Of a DNA stretch of 64,000 nucleotides, positions 1 through 11,920 are shown piece by piece (positions within the stretch are counted from its first letter, which is position 1; each line of letters begins with the position of its first letter). Source of the DNA: Camelus dromedarius (Eukaryota); NCBI RefSeq assembly GCF_036321535.1, contig NC_087437.1:12898001-12962000 (forward strand), given 5' to 3'. Position numbers and translations under genes: made by a program. A model generated the notes under the pieces. That model was not told where the DNA came from. It made no database searches and was given only the letters and a program-made list of their open reading frames with translations.

Positions 1-829
1 TAAATTAAAAGGATAGGATTATAAAATACTATTAAGGTATTAACATTTCAACATTTCACAAGTTAGCCACAGAGTCTTTATTTTCTTAGCATGCCATCGA
101 CTTGCTTATTTTCTAAAAACCTTGTATAATTAGGTATTCATGTTTCAAAAAAATCTTTTGACATAAATCACTGATATGCTAAATTATAGTTTGCTTAAGA
201 ATTCCAAGGGCTTTCTGATAGGAAAAGGATGAGACTCCTGTTAAAAGATGATTTTCAGAAAAAGGTAAAATACCCTTGTACAGATATAAAAATTAACATA
301 TGTTAAAGATTTTATTTTATTCATATAGGAGAGAACGATCCATCCAATTCAAATCAAAACTAAAGGAGCACAAATTGATCTGGAGTCAAGGAATTGAACT
401 GCAAATAGAGGTAACTCTGGTTTTTCCCAGAAGGGAGGGAAGTCAGTGGGAACTTGAATGGGAGACACAGAATTTGCATGTCTAGTAACTTACAAAGAGC
501 TACCAATAGATCAAAGCAATGACATGTTAGAATATGAGCTCCTGAAAGGACGTGCTCCATGCAGCGATGTACAGTTTTCACTGAAACACAAATCTTATTT
601 TAAACTTCCAGTTCTTTCTTGAGAATCAGAGTTTTGGAAACTTTTGAGAGAATGTGGGAGTTCCCCACTGAGGACCTGACATAGGGAGAGTCAGGGAAGT
701 CCCTGAAATAAAATTATCATGAAGGTAGAAAGATGTAAGACCAGTGGGAAAGGTGGTTTCAGATTTACGAGGTGGCTGGTTCTGGCCAAGCCTCCTGGAC
801 CGGCTTGAGCCTTGTGAAGTAGCTGCACC

Positions 830-1130
830 CATCTGGGTGTTTTCTGCTTGTTTCTCTGGAGGCACTTGGTGTCCTTCTCTACTCTGGGATTACATCATAG
901 GCTCCCTTGCCCTCTTGTTTCCAGTTGGGTTTGCCAGTGGGACACAAGAGGATACTGAGGAGTAAACCTGGGTGTGCATCTCCTGCAGTGTCCTGCGTCT
1001 GGTCCCCGACATCCTCTCCCTGCACCTGCCCTTCAGGCATAGGGCTGGTAGCAGCTCCCCGCGGCTGCTGGCTCTAGAGTGTTGTGCCACCCCTTAGATT
1101 TCCCGGTGTCATGCCCATACTTCTGAAAAT
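830..1130 (+). mobile_element. ERVL LTR33-like solo LTR remnant
   Basis: 'catcataggctcccttgccctcttgtttccagttgggtttgccagtggga' resembles the recalled LTR33 core; boundaries approximate. Confidence 0.6.
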
Positions 1131-1149
1131 AGTGTCTTTTAAGCAGTAA

Positions 1150-1290
1150 CTATTTGTTTTAAAATATTTGCTGGGACTTTGAAAAATAGAGTGTGTAGAT
1201 CAAAGGCGTGAATCCAGAAGCCCAGGCCAGTTTTGGCAAGGAGTGAGCACGACACTTGCAGTACTGACGAGGGTGGGGCGGGAGGGTGTT
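1150..1290. promoter_or_regulatory. Candidate promoter/enhancer motif cluster (FOX, HNF4-like, TCF/LEF, GC box)
   Basis: TATTTGTTT 1151-1159, TATTTGC 1165-1171, GGACTTTG 1174-1181, AGATCAAAGG 1197-1206, GGGGCGGGA 1275-1283 in non-repeat DNA; motif evidence only. Confidence 0.35.
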
Positions 1291-1349
1291 GAGGACAGAG
1301 TGTTCTTCCCTGCCACCTCGAAGATCCCCTGGGACCTGGCAGGGATCTC

Positions 1350-1379
1350 GGCAGTGGCGGTGGCAGTGGCAGTGGCAGT
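1350..1379 (+). repeat. (GGCAGT)5 hexamer repeat
   Basis: ggcagt ggcggt ggcagt ggcagt ggcagt read directly. Confidence 0.9.
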
Positions 1380-1796
1380 TACTGGAGCACAAGGTGGAGG
1401 CTTTCTCTGTGTGTTCCAGCTGTCACATTCAACAACGTGGTTTACAGTTTGAGAGATTTGCAGATATTTCTAAAGCCACTTGCTTCTTATGGCAGGTTTC
1501 TCCAGTATCAAGATAGCACAGCTGGAATTCCAGTACCTCCCCAAAGGTGGTGGAACATGTGAATTAATCCTTTAGTTATGAGTAAGACTTCTACAGAGTT
1601 TTGAGGATCTTGATGGGAAATGTGCCTGAGAGAAGAGAGAGGCCATTATTTTCATCAATAGATGAGATGAGGGCTTTAGCTATTTTACTGATATTATATT
1701 GCCTGTAATTAACTTTAACTATAATATTTCACTACAGGTTTTGATCTATATGTACATGTAGACTAATTTATACTCTAAGGTTAAATTAATATTTGA

Positions 1797-1899
1797 GATT
1801 AATTAATATACATATCTTTAAAATGGGGGTACTGGGAGTTGAACCCAGGACCTCATGCATGCTAAGCATGCGCTCTACCACTGAGCTATGCCCTCCCCC
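1797..1899 (-). mobile_element. tRNA-Ala-derived SINE (Vic-1-like, camelid)
   Basis: Minus strand reads GGGCATAGCTCAGTGGTAGAGCGCATGCTTAGCATGCATGAGGTCCTGGGTTCAACTCCCAG (A box, B box, AGC anticodon loop); flanking ATTAATATTTGA at 1785-1796 and 1908-1919 is a probable TSD. Confidence 0.85.
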
Positions 1900-2709
1900 T
1901 CAGATTCATTAATATTTGAAGATACCCTAATTGGAAATCCAGACTTCAGAATAAGCAATGGCTATTTGAGTCCGAACAACAGGGTTCACTGTTTAGCATA
2001 AGGGATGTTAGAAATAATTGTTCATTAATGAAATAAATGTTTTTAAAGATATGTGGTTGGCAAAAATGATTGTACAGGCAGCTTGTCATTGCTCGAGTGG
2101 GTCCAGGTTTGGTGAGGCCCCATCACTTAACTCCAGAACAGGTTCCTCCACACAGCATTGAGCCCATCCCCTTTCCTACCCTCCCTCACTGTGAATACGA
2201 AGCGCTCCATCCTCTATAAGTTTAGAAGATTAGTTGATCCTAGTGTAATAATATTACTGCATTTACTTCCGAGTGAAACTTTCATTCAAAATACTTGTTG
2301 AAATGAAAAAAGGACCGCAAAAGGGGAACTTCCCTGAGCTCACAATCACAACTGTGTATCAGGATAGCTAGGTTATGCTGCACCAACACCAGCTGTAATC
2401 TCACTAGCTTCGAACAACAAAGGTTTGCTTCTTTTATTCCTCCTATACGCCCACTGAGAGACCGCGCTGCATTGTCATCCTGACTGACAGAGCAGCCCCT
2501 CGCTGGAAACTTGTTGACTATCCTGGAAGAAGGAAAAAGGGAGCTCCCTCTGGAGGGTCTCATATTGGCAAGTACAATGTCACCTGTGCACAGAGGGCAG
2601 ATAGTTAGAAATGTTTGGGTAACAGCACATGACTGCCATAGGCTGATACCTTGGTTTGTTGTTCGTATTTGTTAACAAATGTTTGTGTGAATGGCAAAAT
2701 TTATTTTTA

Positions 2710-2967
2710 TTTTACTTTTAAAAAAATTTTTCATCTCTGAAAGTACTGTATTATTTTTAAACATTTTTTGCTGAGTTATAATCATTTTACAATGTTGTGT
2801 CAAATTCCAGTGAAGAGCGCAATTTTTCTGTTATACATGAACATATATATATATTTATTGTCACACTTTTTTTCTCTGTGAGCTACCATAAGATCTTGTG
2901 TATATCTCCCTGTGCCGTACAGTATAATCTTGTTTATCTGTTCTACATTTTGAAATCCCAATCTGTT
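2710..2967 (-). mobile_element. Young 5'-truncated L1 3' end nested in the tail of an older L1
   Basis: 2752-2964 closely matches the reverse complement of the L1 3'UTR at about 48840-49047; flanked by AAATTTATTTTTA at 2697-2709 and 2968-2980. Confidence 0.85.
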
Positions 2968-5704
2968 AAATTTATTTTTAACTGAAGTATAATTGACTTA
3001 CAATGTTAGTTTCAGGTGTACAGCATAGTGATTCAGTAATATATATATATATATTCCTTTTCATATTCTTTTCCATTATAGGTTATTACAAGATATTGAA
3101 TACAGTTCCCTGTGCTGTACAGTAGGTCCTCGTTGGTTATCTATTATATGTATATACTAATCTGTCTCTGTTCATCCTAAACTCCTAATATATCCCTTCC
3201 CCACCCTCTTTCCCCTTTGGAAACCATGAATTTGCTTTCTATGTCTGTGAGTTTGCTTCAGTTTTATAAATAAGTTCATTTGTGTCATTTTTTCAGATTC
3301 CTGTAAGTAATATCATTTGATATTTGTCATCCTCTGTCTGATTTACTTCACTTAGTGTGATAATCCCTAGGTCCAACCATGTTGCTGAAAATGGAATTAT
3401 TTCACTCCTTTCTATGGCTAAGTAGTATTTCATTGTGTGTGTATATATATGTAATATATATTACACTACTTCTTATTTATCCAATCATCTATCTTTTTTA
3501 TTATTAAAAACCTTTTACTTTTGAAAGAACTTATTTTGGTGGAGTTAAGGGTGAGGCAAAAGTGAGTTCCGTAACTTTTTCTTTCAAGCGTTTTCACACT
3601 GGCACGTTGTGTGCCTGAAGGTGGTGTGAGGAGTTACACTGAGACCTTGACTGCTGGTTTTTCTCTTATACACACACGCATCGTAAACAGACACTTAGGT
3701 CGCTTCCACGTCTTGGTTATTGTAAATAGTGCTGCTGGGAACATTGGGGTGCATGTATCTTTTTGAATTAGAGTTTTCTCCGGATATATGTCCAGGAGTG
3801 GGGTTGCTGGATCATATGATAACTTTATTTTTAGTTTTTTAAGGAACCTCCTTACTGTTCTCCATAGTAACTCCACCAATTTACATTCTCACCAACAGTG
3901 TAGGAGGGTTCTCTTTTCTCCATACCCTGTCCAGCATTTATTGTCGGTGGACTTTAAATGATGGCCTATCTGACCTGCATAAGGTGATACCTCATTGCAG
4001 TTTTGATTTGCATTTCTCTGCTCATTTGTGATATTCAGCATCTTTTCATGTGCCTATTGGCCATCTGTGTATCTTCTTTAGACAAATGTCTATTTAGGTC
4101 TTCTGCCCATTTTATAATTGGGTTGTTCATTTTTTATTGTTGTTATTGAGTTGCATAAGGTGTTTGTATATTCTGGAAATTAAATCCTTGTCAGTCTTAT
4201 CCTTTGCAAATGTTTTCTCCCAGTCCGTAGGCTGTCTTTTTGTTTTGTTTTGTTCTTTTGTTATGTTATGTATATGTTTCGTTTCTTTTGCTGTGTAAAA
4301 TCTTTAAGTTTGATTAGTTCCTGTTTGTTTATTTTTGCTTATATTTCTATTGCCTTGGGAGACTGACCTAAGAAAATATTGCTACGATCTATGTCAGAGA
4401 ATGTTTTGCCTATGTTCTCTTCTAGTTTTATGGTGTCTGTCTTATATTTAAACCACTTTGAGTTTATTTTTGTGTATGCTGTGAGTGTTCTAACTTCACT
4501 GATTTACATGTGGCTGTTCAACTTTCCCAACATCACTTGCTGAAGAGACTGTCTTTTCTGCATTGTATGTTCTTACCTTCTTTGTTGAAGATTAATTGAC
4601 CATAGGTGTGTGGGTTCATTTCTGGGCTCTCTATTCTGTTCCAATGAGCCATATGGCTGTTTTTGTGTCAATACCATGCTGTTTTGATTACTGTAGCTTT
4701 GTGTATTGTCTGAAGTCTGGGAGGGTTATGCTTCTAGCTTTGTTATTCCTCCTCAGGATTGCTTTGGCAATTTTAGGTCTTTCATAGTTCCATATAAATT
4801 TTAGGATTATTTGTTCTAGTTCTGTGAAAAATGTCATGTGTAATTTGATACCAATTGCATTAAATCTGTCGTTTGCTTTGGGTAGTATGGCTATTTTAAT
4901 ACTATTAATTCTTCCAATCTGAGAGCTTGAGATATATTTCCATTTCTTTGCATCATCTTCAGTTCCTTTGTCAGTGTTTGTAGTTCTCAGTATATGTGTC
5001 CTTCACCTCCTTGGTCAGGTTTATTCCTAAATATATATATATATATATATTTTGACATGATCTTAAGAGTTTTTTTTTTAACTTTTTCTTTTTGATATTT
5101 TATTGTTAGTGTAAAGAGATGCCACAGATTTTTGTGTGTTAATCTTGTATCCTGCTACGTTGCTGGATTCTTATATCAGCTGTAATAGTTTTTGTGTGGA
5201 GTCTTTAGGATTTTCTACATAGAGTAGCATGTCATCTGCATATAATGACAATTTTACCTCCAATTTTACCTGTTCTATTGTGTCATTTAGGATGTCTGTT
5301 GCCTTACTGATTTTTGTTCTGGAAGATCCGTCCATTGATGGCAGTGGAGTGTTAAAGTCTCCTACTGTTATTGTATTTCCATCAGTTTCTCCCTTTATGT
5401 CTATTCGTACTTGTTTTATGTATTTAGGTGCTCCTATATTGTGTGCATATATGTTAGCGAGTGTAACATCCTCTTCTTGTATTGATCCTTTTATCATTGA
5501 AGAGTGGCCTTTATTTTTCTTTGTGGCCTTTGTTTTAATATCTGTTTTGTTTAATGTGAGTATTGCTAACTCCCCTTTCTTGTCATTTCTATTTGCATAA
5601 AACACCTTTTTCTATCCCCTCACTTTCAATCTATGTGTGTCCTTCACCCTAAAGTGAGTCTCTTATAGGCAGCATATTGTAGGCTCTTGTTTTATTATTC
5701 AATC
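2968..5704 (-). mobile_element. LINE-1, 5'-truncated, with internal deletion; ORF2 remnants (EN, RT YADD, C-terminus) and 3'UTR
   Basis: ORF 5171-5605 contains EN motifs (GDFNTPL) and LYADDM; ORF 3634-3879 contains [14 protein letters not shown]...DTCTPMF; degenerate TSD TGAATGGCAAAATTTA (2688-2703) / TGAACGGCAGGATTTA (5705-5720). Confidence 0.95.
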
Positions 5705-6059
5705 TGAACGGCAGGATTTAGTCTGAGACTTACTTTCCTTGTAACATATTATCTGACAGAAAGGCTGGGGAAGAGGAAACAAAAAGCCCTCACCTGCCTT
5801 TAATAAATGGAAGCTATTGATATTTATCAACAAAGTATTGAACAATTATTGAATGCACAAATTGGCTTAGGGCAGTTTTAATCAAGTGGAATAAAGAAAT
5901 TCATAGTTTACAAGTGAGGAAGAGGGGCATACTGGTTATAGTATTTCAGCTCACATCATCTGTAGCTTAAATGCTTATCAATTATGATGGGAACTGGAGC
6001 AAAAAGGTAACAACCTGAAGACAATCTAGTAGATTCCTCAGAAATTCTAGATTGATTTT

Positions 6060-6131
6060 CTTCCTTCCTTCCTGTCTTCATTCCTGTCTTCCTTTTCTTC
6101 TCTTCTCCTTCCTACCTTCCTTCCTTCCTTC

Positions 6132-6218
<87 letters not shown>

Positions 6219-6260
6219 TCCTTTTCTCTTTCTCTCTTTCTCTCTTTCTTTCTTCTTTCT
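6060..6260. repeat. (CTTT)n/(CCTT)n microsatellite
   Basis: Long pure TTTC run at about 6132-6220 with pyrimidine-rich flanks. Confidence 0.97.
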
Positions 6261-7439
6261 GTTTATATTTAGTAAATATTTCAACATCTTGCTAATTAGT
6301 CTGTGGGACTCCATGGCACCAAAGTCAGTGAAATTCTCTCTCTCACTTGGCTATTAAAGCAGGTGGGCTCTGTTAAATGATCCCCTTGACTCTCAGTGAT
6401 TCTGAAGGCCTATTTGGAAGTTCCTCCCTTTAGTCCCCAAAGTCATGGAATATTCAGAGAAACATCTAAATGAGAGTTAATTTCCAGCAAACAATATCCC
6501 TGCTTTCACTGCCAATTAACTCTAGCCTAGAGCCAAGCATATGATTTGGGAATGAATTTTTTTTTTTTTTTTGTCATACAACACACAAAAAGCAATTATA
6601 GTGTTTTTTTTCTTATAACCAGTTAAATGACAAAGGAAATAGAACTGTTACTTAGTAATTATCACACTCTACCCAGCTTCCTCCATGATTTAATAGGTAT
6701 AAGATTCTTTTAAATCTCAAATTACTCAAAAATTTAGCTAATTTGTAACCTAGATAAATCATCTTACATTTTGCTAGCTAAACCAACTGGTTAGATGGTG
6801 GAGTTAAAATATATCGCATCTAGATAGAACTTTTCTCAGAAATGTTTTAATTCCATATTGAATATTTAATTTCATATTAAATATTTATAATTCAACATAG
6901 TTGGCCTTAACCTGCCTCATAGCTGAGTATAAGGTCTTGCTGAATTATATATAGCAACCCATTGGCAAAAAGAACTAGAGAACTTTGCATTTACCTTGGT
7001 TTGAATTTAAAGAGAAAAGTGCTTGAGAAGTAGAAATGACATCAGCCATTAATTTTTTTTCTTGAATCTCAAAAGCATGTGTGCCTGTTTAAAAATTGAG
7101 TTGACGTCCAAAATATTGCTGATACAAATGACGGGAAAATACTCTTAGTCCTATGAAGGCTTCAGTGAATCAAATCCACCGACTCTGACTTTTATGAGAC
7201 CATAAATATGAAATCCTCCAGCGCCATGCCTGGCATACTGGGGGACATTTAATGCTGTTAGTTACAAAACCATTTAAAACTAAATACCTCTGGTAAGATA
7301 GATCCTTCTATTTCTGTTTATATAATATAGAGGTGGCTACCTAGACCAAGAAACTCATTTATTTCTACCTCTAGAGATAATATGCTTTTACATAATATTC
7401 ACAATTGAGGCATTTGAAGAATATTGAAACCATCTTGTT

Positions 7440-7572
7440 TACCAAAGCTTCTCACTAAGAATGTAGATTTTGGAGCTGTATCTAAACTTATGGGTCAAAC
7501 TCTCAAGGTGGTATGACCCAGGAATCTGCATTCTACCATGATTCTTATGTATTCTAAAGTTTAAGACCTCTC
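7440..7572. mobile_element. MER5-like hAT MITE remnant
   Basis: 'ggaatctgcattct...gattcttatgtattctaaagtttaagacc' resembles a MER5 end. Confidence 0.45.
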
Positions 7573-8116
7573 CTCTTCAGGGACCTGGGGCCTTGTTTTT
7601 GATGGTTAAACTTGGATCAGTTAACTAGATTACCTCTAACAGTGAATGCATTTACATGAAAAACTATGGGAGTAGGACAATTTTCAGAGAGACTGCAGCA
7701 TAATTTTACTAGTGTCTTTTAATTACTCTTAACTTTCTTCAGAATTAATCTCTAATCATTACAGTTTAAATTTCTCTTAAAACACATTCTGTTTTTCTGA
7801 GATTTTGCAGATTTTAACAAGGTGGACGGTAACAGCCATAAAGACCAGGCCAAGTGAGGATTTGCACCTTTCTGTCCTTCTTCCACTTCCTTGTCTCTTA
7901 AACACATCATTAAATACAAAAATAAGCAAATAAGTGAATATTTGCCATAATAGACACATAGGTATTATTAATACATAGGTATTTTAAAAGCCATTTTAGT
8001 TTAGGTCTTAGCTGTGCCGTAAATGGGATGTATAGACTTGGGTCAGGCAGGGGGTCTGAACTTGACCTTTATTTTCAAACTATGGTCTCTCGGATCCTCA
8101 GTGGCTACCAACCATG

Positions 8117-8557
8117 TGATGAGGTTCAGGAAATGCTACCTGAGAACATGACACCTCAGCATATTGAACAGTTCAAGCTGAAGAATTGTGAGAAAATGGC
8201 AGAAGCGGGAAATTAGCCCTGACTTTGTCCCTCCCCCACACCTTTTCCCCTGGAAACAGGTCATAAAACCCTGATGTGCAAAGTGCCCTCTGTATACCTG
8301 GAAGAAAGGACCATCCTTATCTCCCCCCAGTTTACTTACCTCACACTCCCTGACCTGTCGTATTTCTTCACGACCGTTCACTCTTCATCAAACACAACAG
8401 AAACATACTCTGGTTTAATTAGGTCTTTATTTCCTTATGAAGGTTCCTGTGTCAAGTAAAGCTTGTATTAAATAAATTTGTATGCTTTTTTTTCTGTTAA
8501 TTTGTCAGTTTGATGTTTAAACCAGGGACCCTTAGGAACACCTTCTCCCCCCTTACA
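8117..8557 (+). mobile_element. ERV1 solo LTR (MER34/MER39-like)
   Basis: TG...CA termini; start 'tgatgaggttcaggaaatgctacc...catattgaacagttcaagctgaag'; AATAAA at about 8471 followed by 'tttgtatgctttt'; flanks CATG/CATA resemble a 4-bp TSD. Confidence 0.75.
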
Positions 8558-8721
8558 CATAGATGAGTGGAAAACCAAGGTAGTAGGGCCCCAGGCTCCC
8601 ACTCTTTCCGTAACCAAAGCAAGGTCACTTTTATGTTTGCTGTGTTGGGGGTCCAAAAAAGTACATTTGGCATAAATAACCCAGTGTACTATATGAACTC
8701 CAAGTGTCAGATTACTGTCTA

Positions 8722-8874
8722 ATTTTTATGTTTTTTAATTTTTAAAATTTTTTTGGGGGGAGGGAGGCAATTAGGTATGTATGTATTTATTTATTTAACA
8801 GCGGTACTGGGAATCAAACCCAGGACCTCGTGCACGCTAAGGAGGTACTCTACCACTGAGCTACACTCTCCCCG
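8722..8874 (-). mobile_element. tRNA-Ala-derived SINE (Vic-1-like), full length
   Basis: tRNA-like head, (TAAA)n linker, CCTAATTGCCTCCC segment and A-rich tail on the minus strand; 16-bp TSD GTCAGATT(A/C)CTGTCTA at 8706-8721 and 8875-8890. Confidence 0.9.
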
Positions 8875-9139
8875 GTCAGATTCCTGTCTAGATTCAAGTT
8901 TGGAGACGTCCATCTAGGTTTTCCTAGGTGCTTGAAAGGATTCAGGAGTCTGCCCCAAGCTAGGAGCAGAGAAACTTCATTTTTTTCTGTTTCAGGGTTG
9001 TGTAATTCCCATTGGGATGGAGGGTGGGATTTCACTCTGTGTGACAAAGTTAGTAGGGAAAGAGGGCTCCTATTTTATGCTACTCTGATGGTGGCATTTA
9101 TCCAGTGAGAGCCAGACCTATCCTCTTAGAAAGCCACTG

Positions 9140-9330
9140 AAGTTACCTGCTCTGTACGTATGTGATCTTGGCCAAGTTAGTCATTCATCTTCTGCCTCAG
9201 GTTGTTAATTTACAAAACGGGGTTGTTAATATCTGCCCTCACCATTTGCACAGTGGACTTTGTAATAGTAACTTATCAGAATGACTTGGCAATCACTTCT
9301 GCCCAAGAGATCGGCACAGGAAGCACCAAG
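9140..9330 (+). mobile_element. MIR SINE remnant
   Basis: 'tgtgatcttggccaagtta...ctgcctcagg...tacaaaacgggg' MIR core. Confidence 0.6.
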
Positions 9331-9559
9331 GTGATGATTATGATTAGACTGTGATAATAATGAAGTACCAAAGCAACTATTTTTAAAAAATAAATTTAGA
9401 AAACCCAGCAAAATTTTCTTGTGGCTCAGTTAGATGTCAGTCTGTAAAGGCAACCTGCTCTAGACCCAGGTCCAGTTCAGGGGATTCTCCTCAACCACTG
9501 TGATCCTGCCTCCAGCCCATCTCAGCTACCTGATTTCATGGGCATACCTACGAAGTTGG

Positions 9560-11920
9560 TATCATCTGAACTGCAACCCTTCACAATGTCAAGTTCAAGC
9601 ATCTCATACTTGGATCAATCCTTCAGCCCCATCAGGACCTCCAATTCAAGAATGCTGACATATTTTTACTGTCCCTCAGCTCTTTTATGTCTCCACTTTC
9701 CTTGTTTCTTCATTTAGGTTCCACTTTGCATCATGATAATCATGCTGCTGCATTCATTCTTAACACTTTTATCCCTTTCTCCAGTTGTGTGTTGGCAAAA
9801 CTCAACTCTGGTAAATCCCCTTTCTCTCTGTACTTAAGCCACTGAGAAAAACATAACCAAGGTGACTAAGATCACTCTAAATATAGAACCACAGCCCTGG
9901 CTGTCTTGGCGCACTGGCGGCATTGCCCCTTGGAACACTCTTACACTCCCATGTGACTATTTCACAGCATGTATGGTTGGGATTAGATTCAGCTGCACGT
10001 AACAGAAACCTCCTGATAGACTTCTTACATAAAGCCCTAGAAGGTAGTTCATGGCTCCTTTGGCGGCCACGTGAAGTCATTAGGGACTCAAGAAACTTCC
10101 TTCCTGCTGTGCTTTGTACTTGACTTCCACTATTAAGGTGACTGTGATGGCTGCTGGAATGTCAGTCATCACATCTGAATTCCAAGAAGCAGAAAGGAGG
10201 AAGGCGAGAAACAGATGAGCCACCTCTAAGCTGAGGCACTCTCCTTTAAGGCGTTCTCCCGGTAGTCTCGTACAACAATTCTTTATACTCTCAAGTCTCA
10301 AAATTGAGTCAACTGGTCACACTTAGCTGTAAGGGGGTCTGGAAAATACAGTCTTTCTTTTGAGTAACAACTGGCCTGGCTAAAAATAGGAGTCTCTTAC
10401 TAAAGAAGAGGGAAAGAATGGACATTAGACACATTATTTTTGCCACATACCTTTTCTTGTCTCATCAGATTTCAACACCAACTTCCCCATTGCCCCGCCT
10501 CCCATAAGCCCTTGCTTAGTTTTCTGAGAAACTTGAAGCAACTGGAAGAGAATATCCACATGCTTCCACCAGTAAATGAACCAAGTCGTCTGATTTCAAC
10601 CCCACTTAGTCCTTTAGCTGTCGCTCCATTTCCCTGCTCTCCTTGAGAGCTACCTCCTCAAACACTTCTCTATTGCCCTCTTTGCTCCTTGCCTCTCAAT
10701 CTTACTAGAATCCAGTCCAGTCAGGATTCTGTCCTCTGCAACTGCGGTCAAGGTCACCAATAGCCTCCATGCTGTCAAGCCCAGTGGTCCTCGTCTTACT
10801 TGACATCGTCCACCGCTTTCTCCCCCTTGAAACTTGCATCTCTTGGCATTCAGTATGCCGCAGCCTCCTGGCTCTCTGCCCCCCTCTCTGGCTCCTCAGT
10901 CCCCATTCTCTTTGCTGATCCTTTTCACCTTTATGACCTCAAAATCTCCCCTGGGAGAAGATGTCTAATAGACATCTCAAATTTAACACGTCCCAAACAA
11001 AAACTCTATGCTGAATTGCCTCATCTTTCAGTCTGCCCCATCTCAGCTGGTGGCATCTCTGCCATTACTGTGGCTTAGGCCAGAAACCTTGAAGTCATCG
11101 TTGTCTTCTTCTCTTTGTTTCATGTTCCACATCCTGTCAGAAAATCCTGATGGCTCTGCTTTCAAAACTCTCCATAGCCTGGCCACTTCTCACTACTTCT
11201 GCCGCTGAGAGACTGTTTCTTACCTGGACCAGCATAGCTGGACACAATGTTCGTGTCTTTCCCCTAGAACTTTCTTCTCATCACTGCAGCCAGAGTAACC
11301 CTTTAAAACTGTAAGTTCTAGTCCATCATTCCTCTACTGAAGTTTCTTTAGATTCCTATTTTAGAATAAAACTCAAACTTCTTAGCCTTTTAACACAACA
11401 TAGAAAGTCCTACATGACCTGGCCACAGCACCCCTCTAACCTCACCTCTTACTATCTATCTCCCTTTACTTCATTATTCTTCAGACACACAGACCTACTT
11501 GCCATCTGCTAAATATGCCAAGTACATTTCCACCTCGGGGCCTACGCACTTGGCATATCTGCTGTGTGGATTGTTCTTCCTTCAGTTACACAAAGGACGT
11601 GACTCACTTTACCCAGGTGTCTGCTCTAATGCCACCTTCTCGGAGACCTCGTCCTACCAGCCCACTTGAAATAGCATCTTCTTTTCCTTCCCTCCTTCCC
11701 TGTCACCTTCTCCTGCTTTGCTTTTTTTTTTTTTTTTATGACCCTTAGCATCATCTGGCACATTTATTTGCTTGTTTGTTATTGCCTGACTTCTTCTATT
11801 AGAATGTAAATTTTGATGGAGCAGGGATCTTATCATTTTCCTTCCACCTCCTATATTTCTAGAATCTAGAACAGTGCCTGGCTTACTGTAGGTATTCAAT
11901 AAATATATATTAAACAAATG
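9560..11920 (+). mobile_element. LINE-2 remnant (fragmented) ending in an L2 3' tail
   Basis: Pyrimidine-rich L2-like body; terminus 'ctagaacagtgcctggc...gtaggtattcaataaatatatatt'; interrupted by a MaLR LTR. Confidence 0.75.
9968..10430 (-). mobile_element. MaLR LTR (old MLT1-type) nested in L2
   Basis: 'tcagctgcacgtaacagaaacc' ... 'ggtcacacttagctgtaagggggtctggaaaatacagtc' resemble reverse-oriented MLT1. Confidence 0.6.

Noticed and set aside
1159..1516. ORFs with CHCHCH / AVAVAV / WQWQW repeats
   Set aside because: Translations of the (GGCAGT)n repeat; no recognisable protein
1826..1899. Functional tRNA-Ala(AGC) gene
   Set aside because: The anticodon and T arms fold, but the acceptor stem has two mismatches, there is a probable TSD, and three sister copies have SINE tails; it is a SINE
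6052..6357. Hydrophobic FLSF and charged KERK ORFs (also at 43227-43571 and 51377-51598)
   Set aside because: Translations of (CTTT)n/(CCTT)n simple repeats
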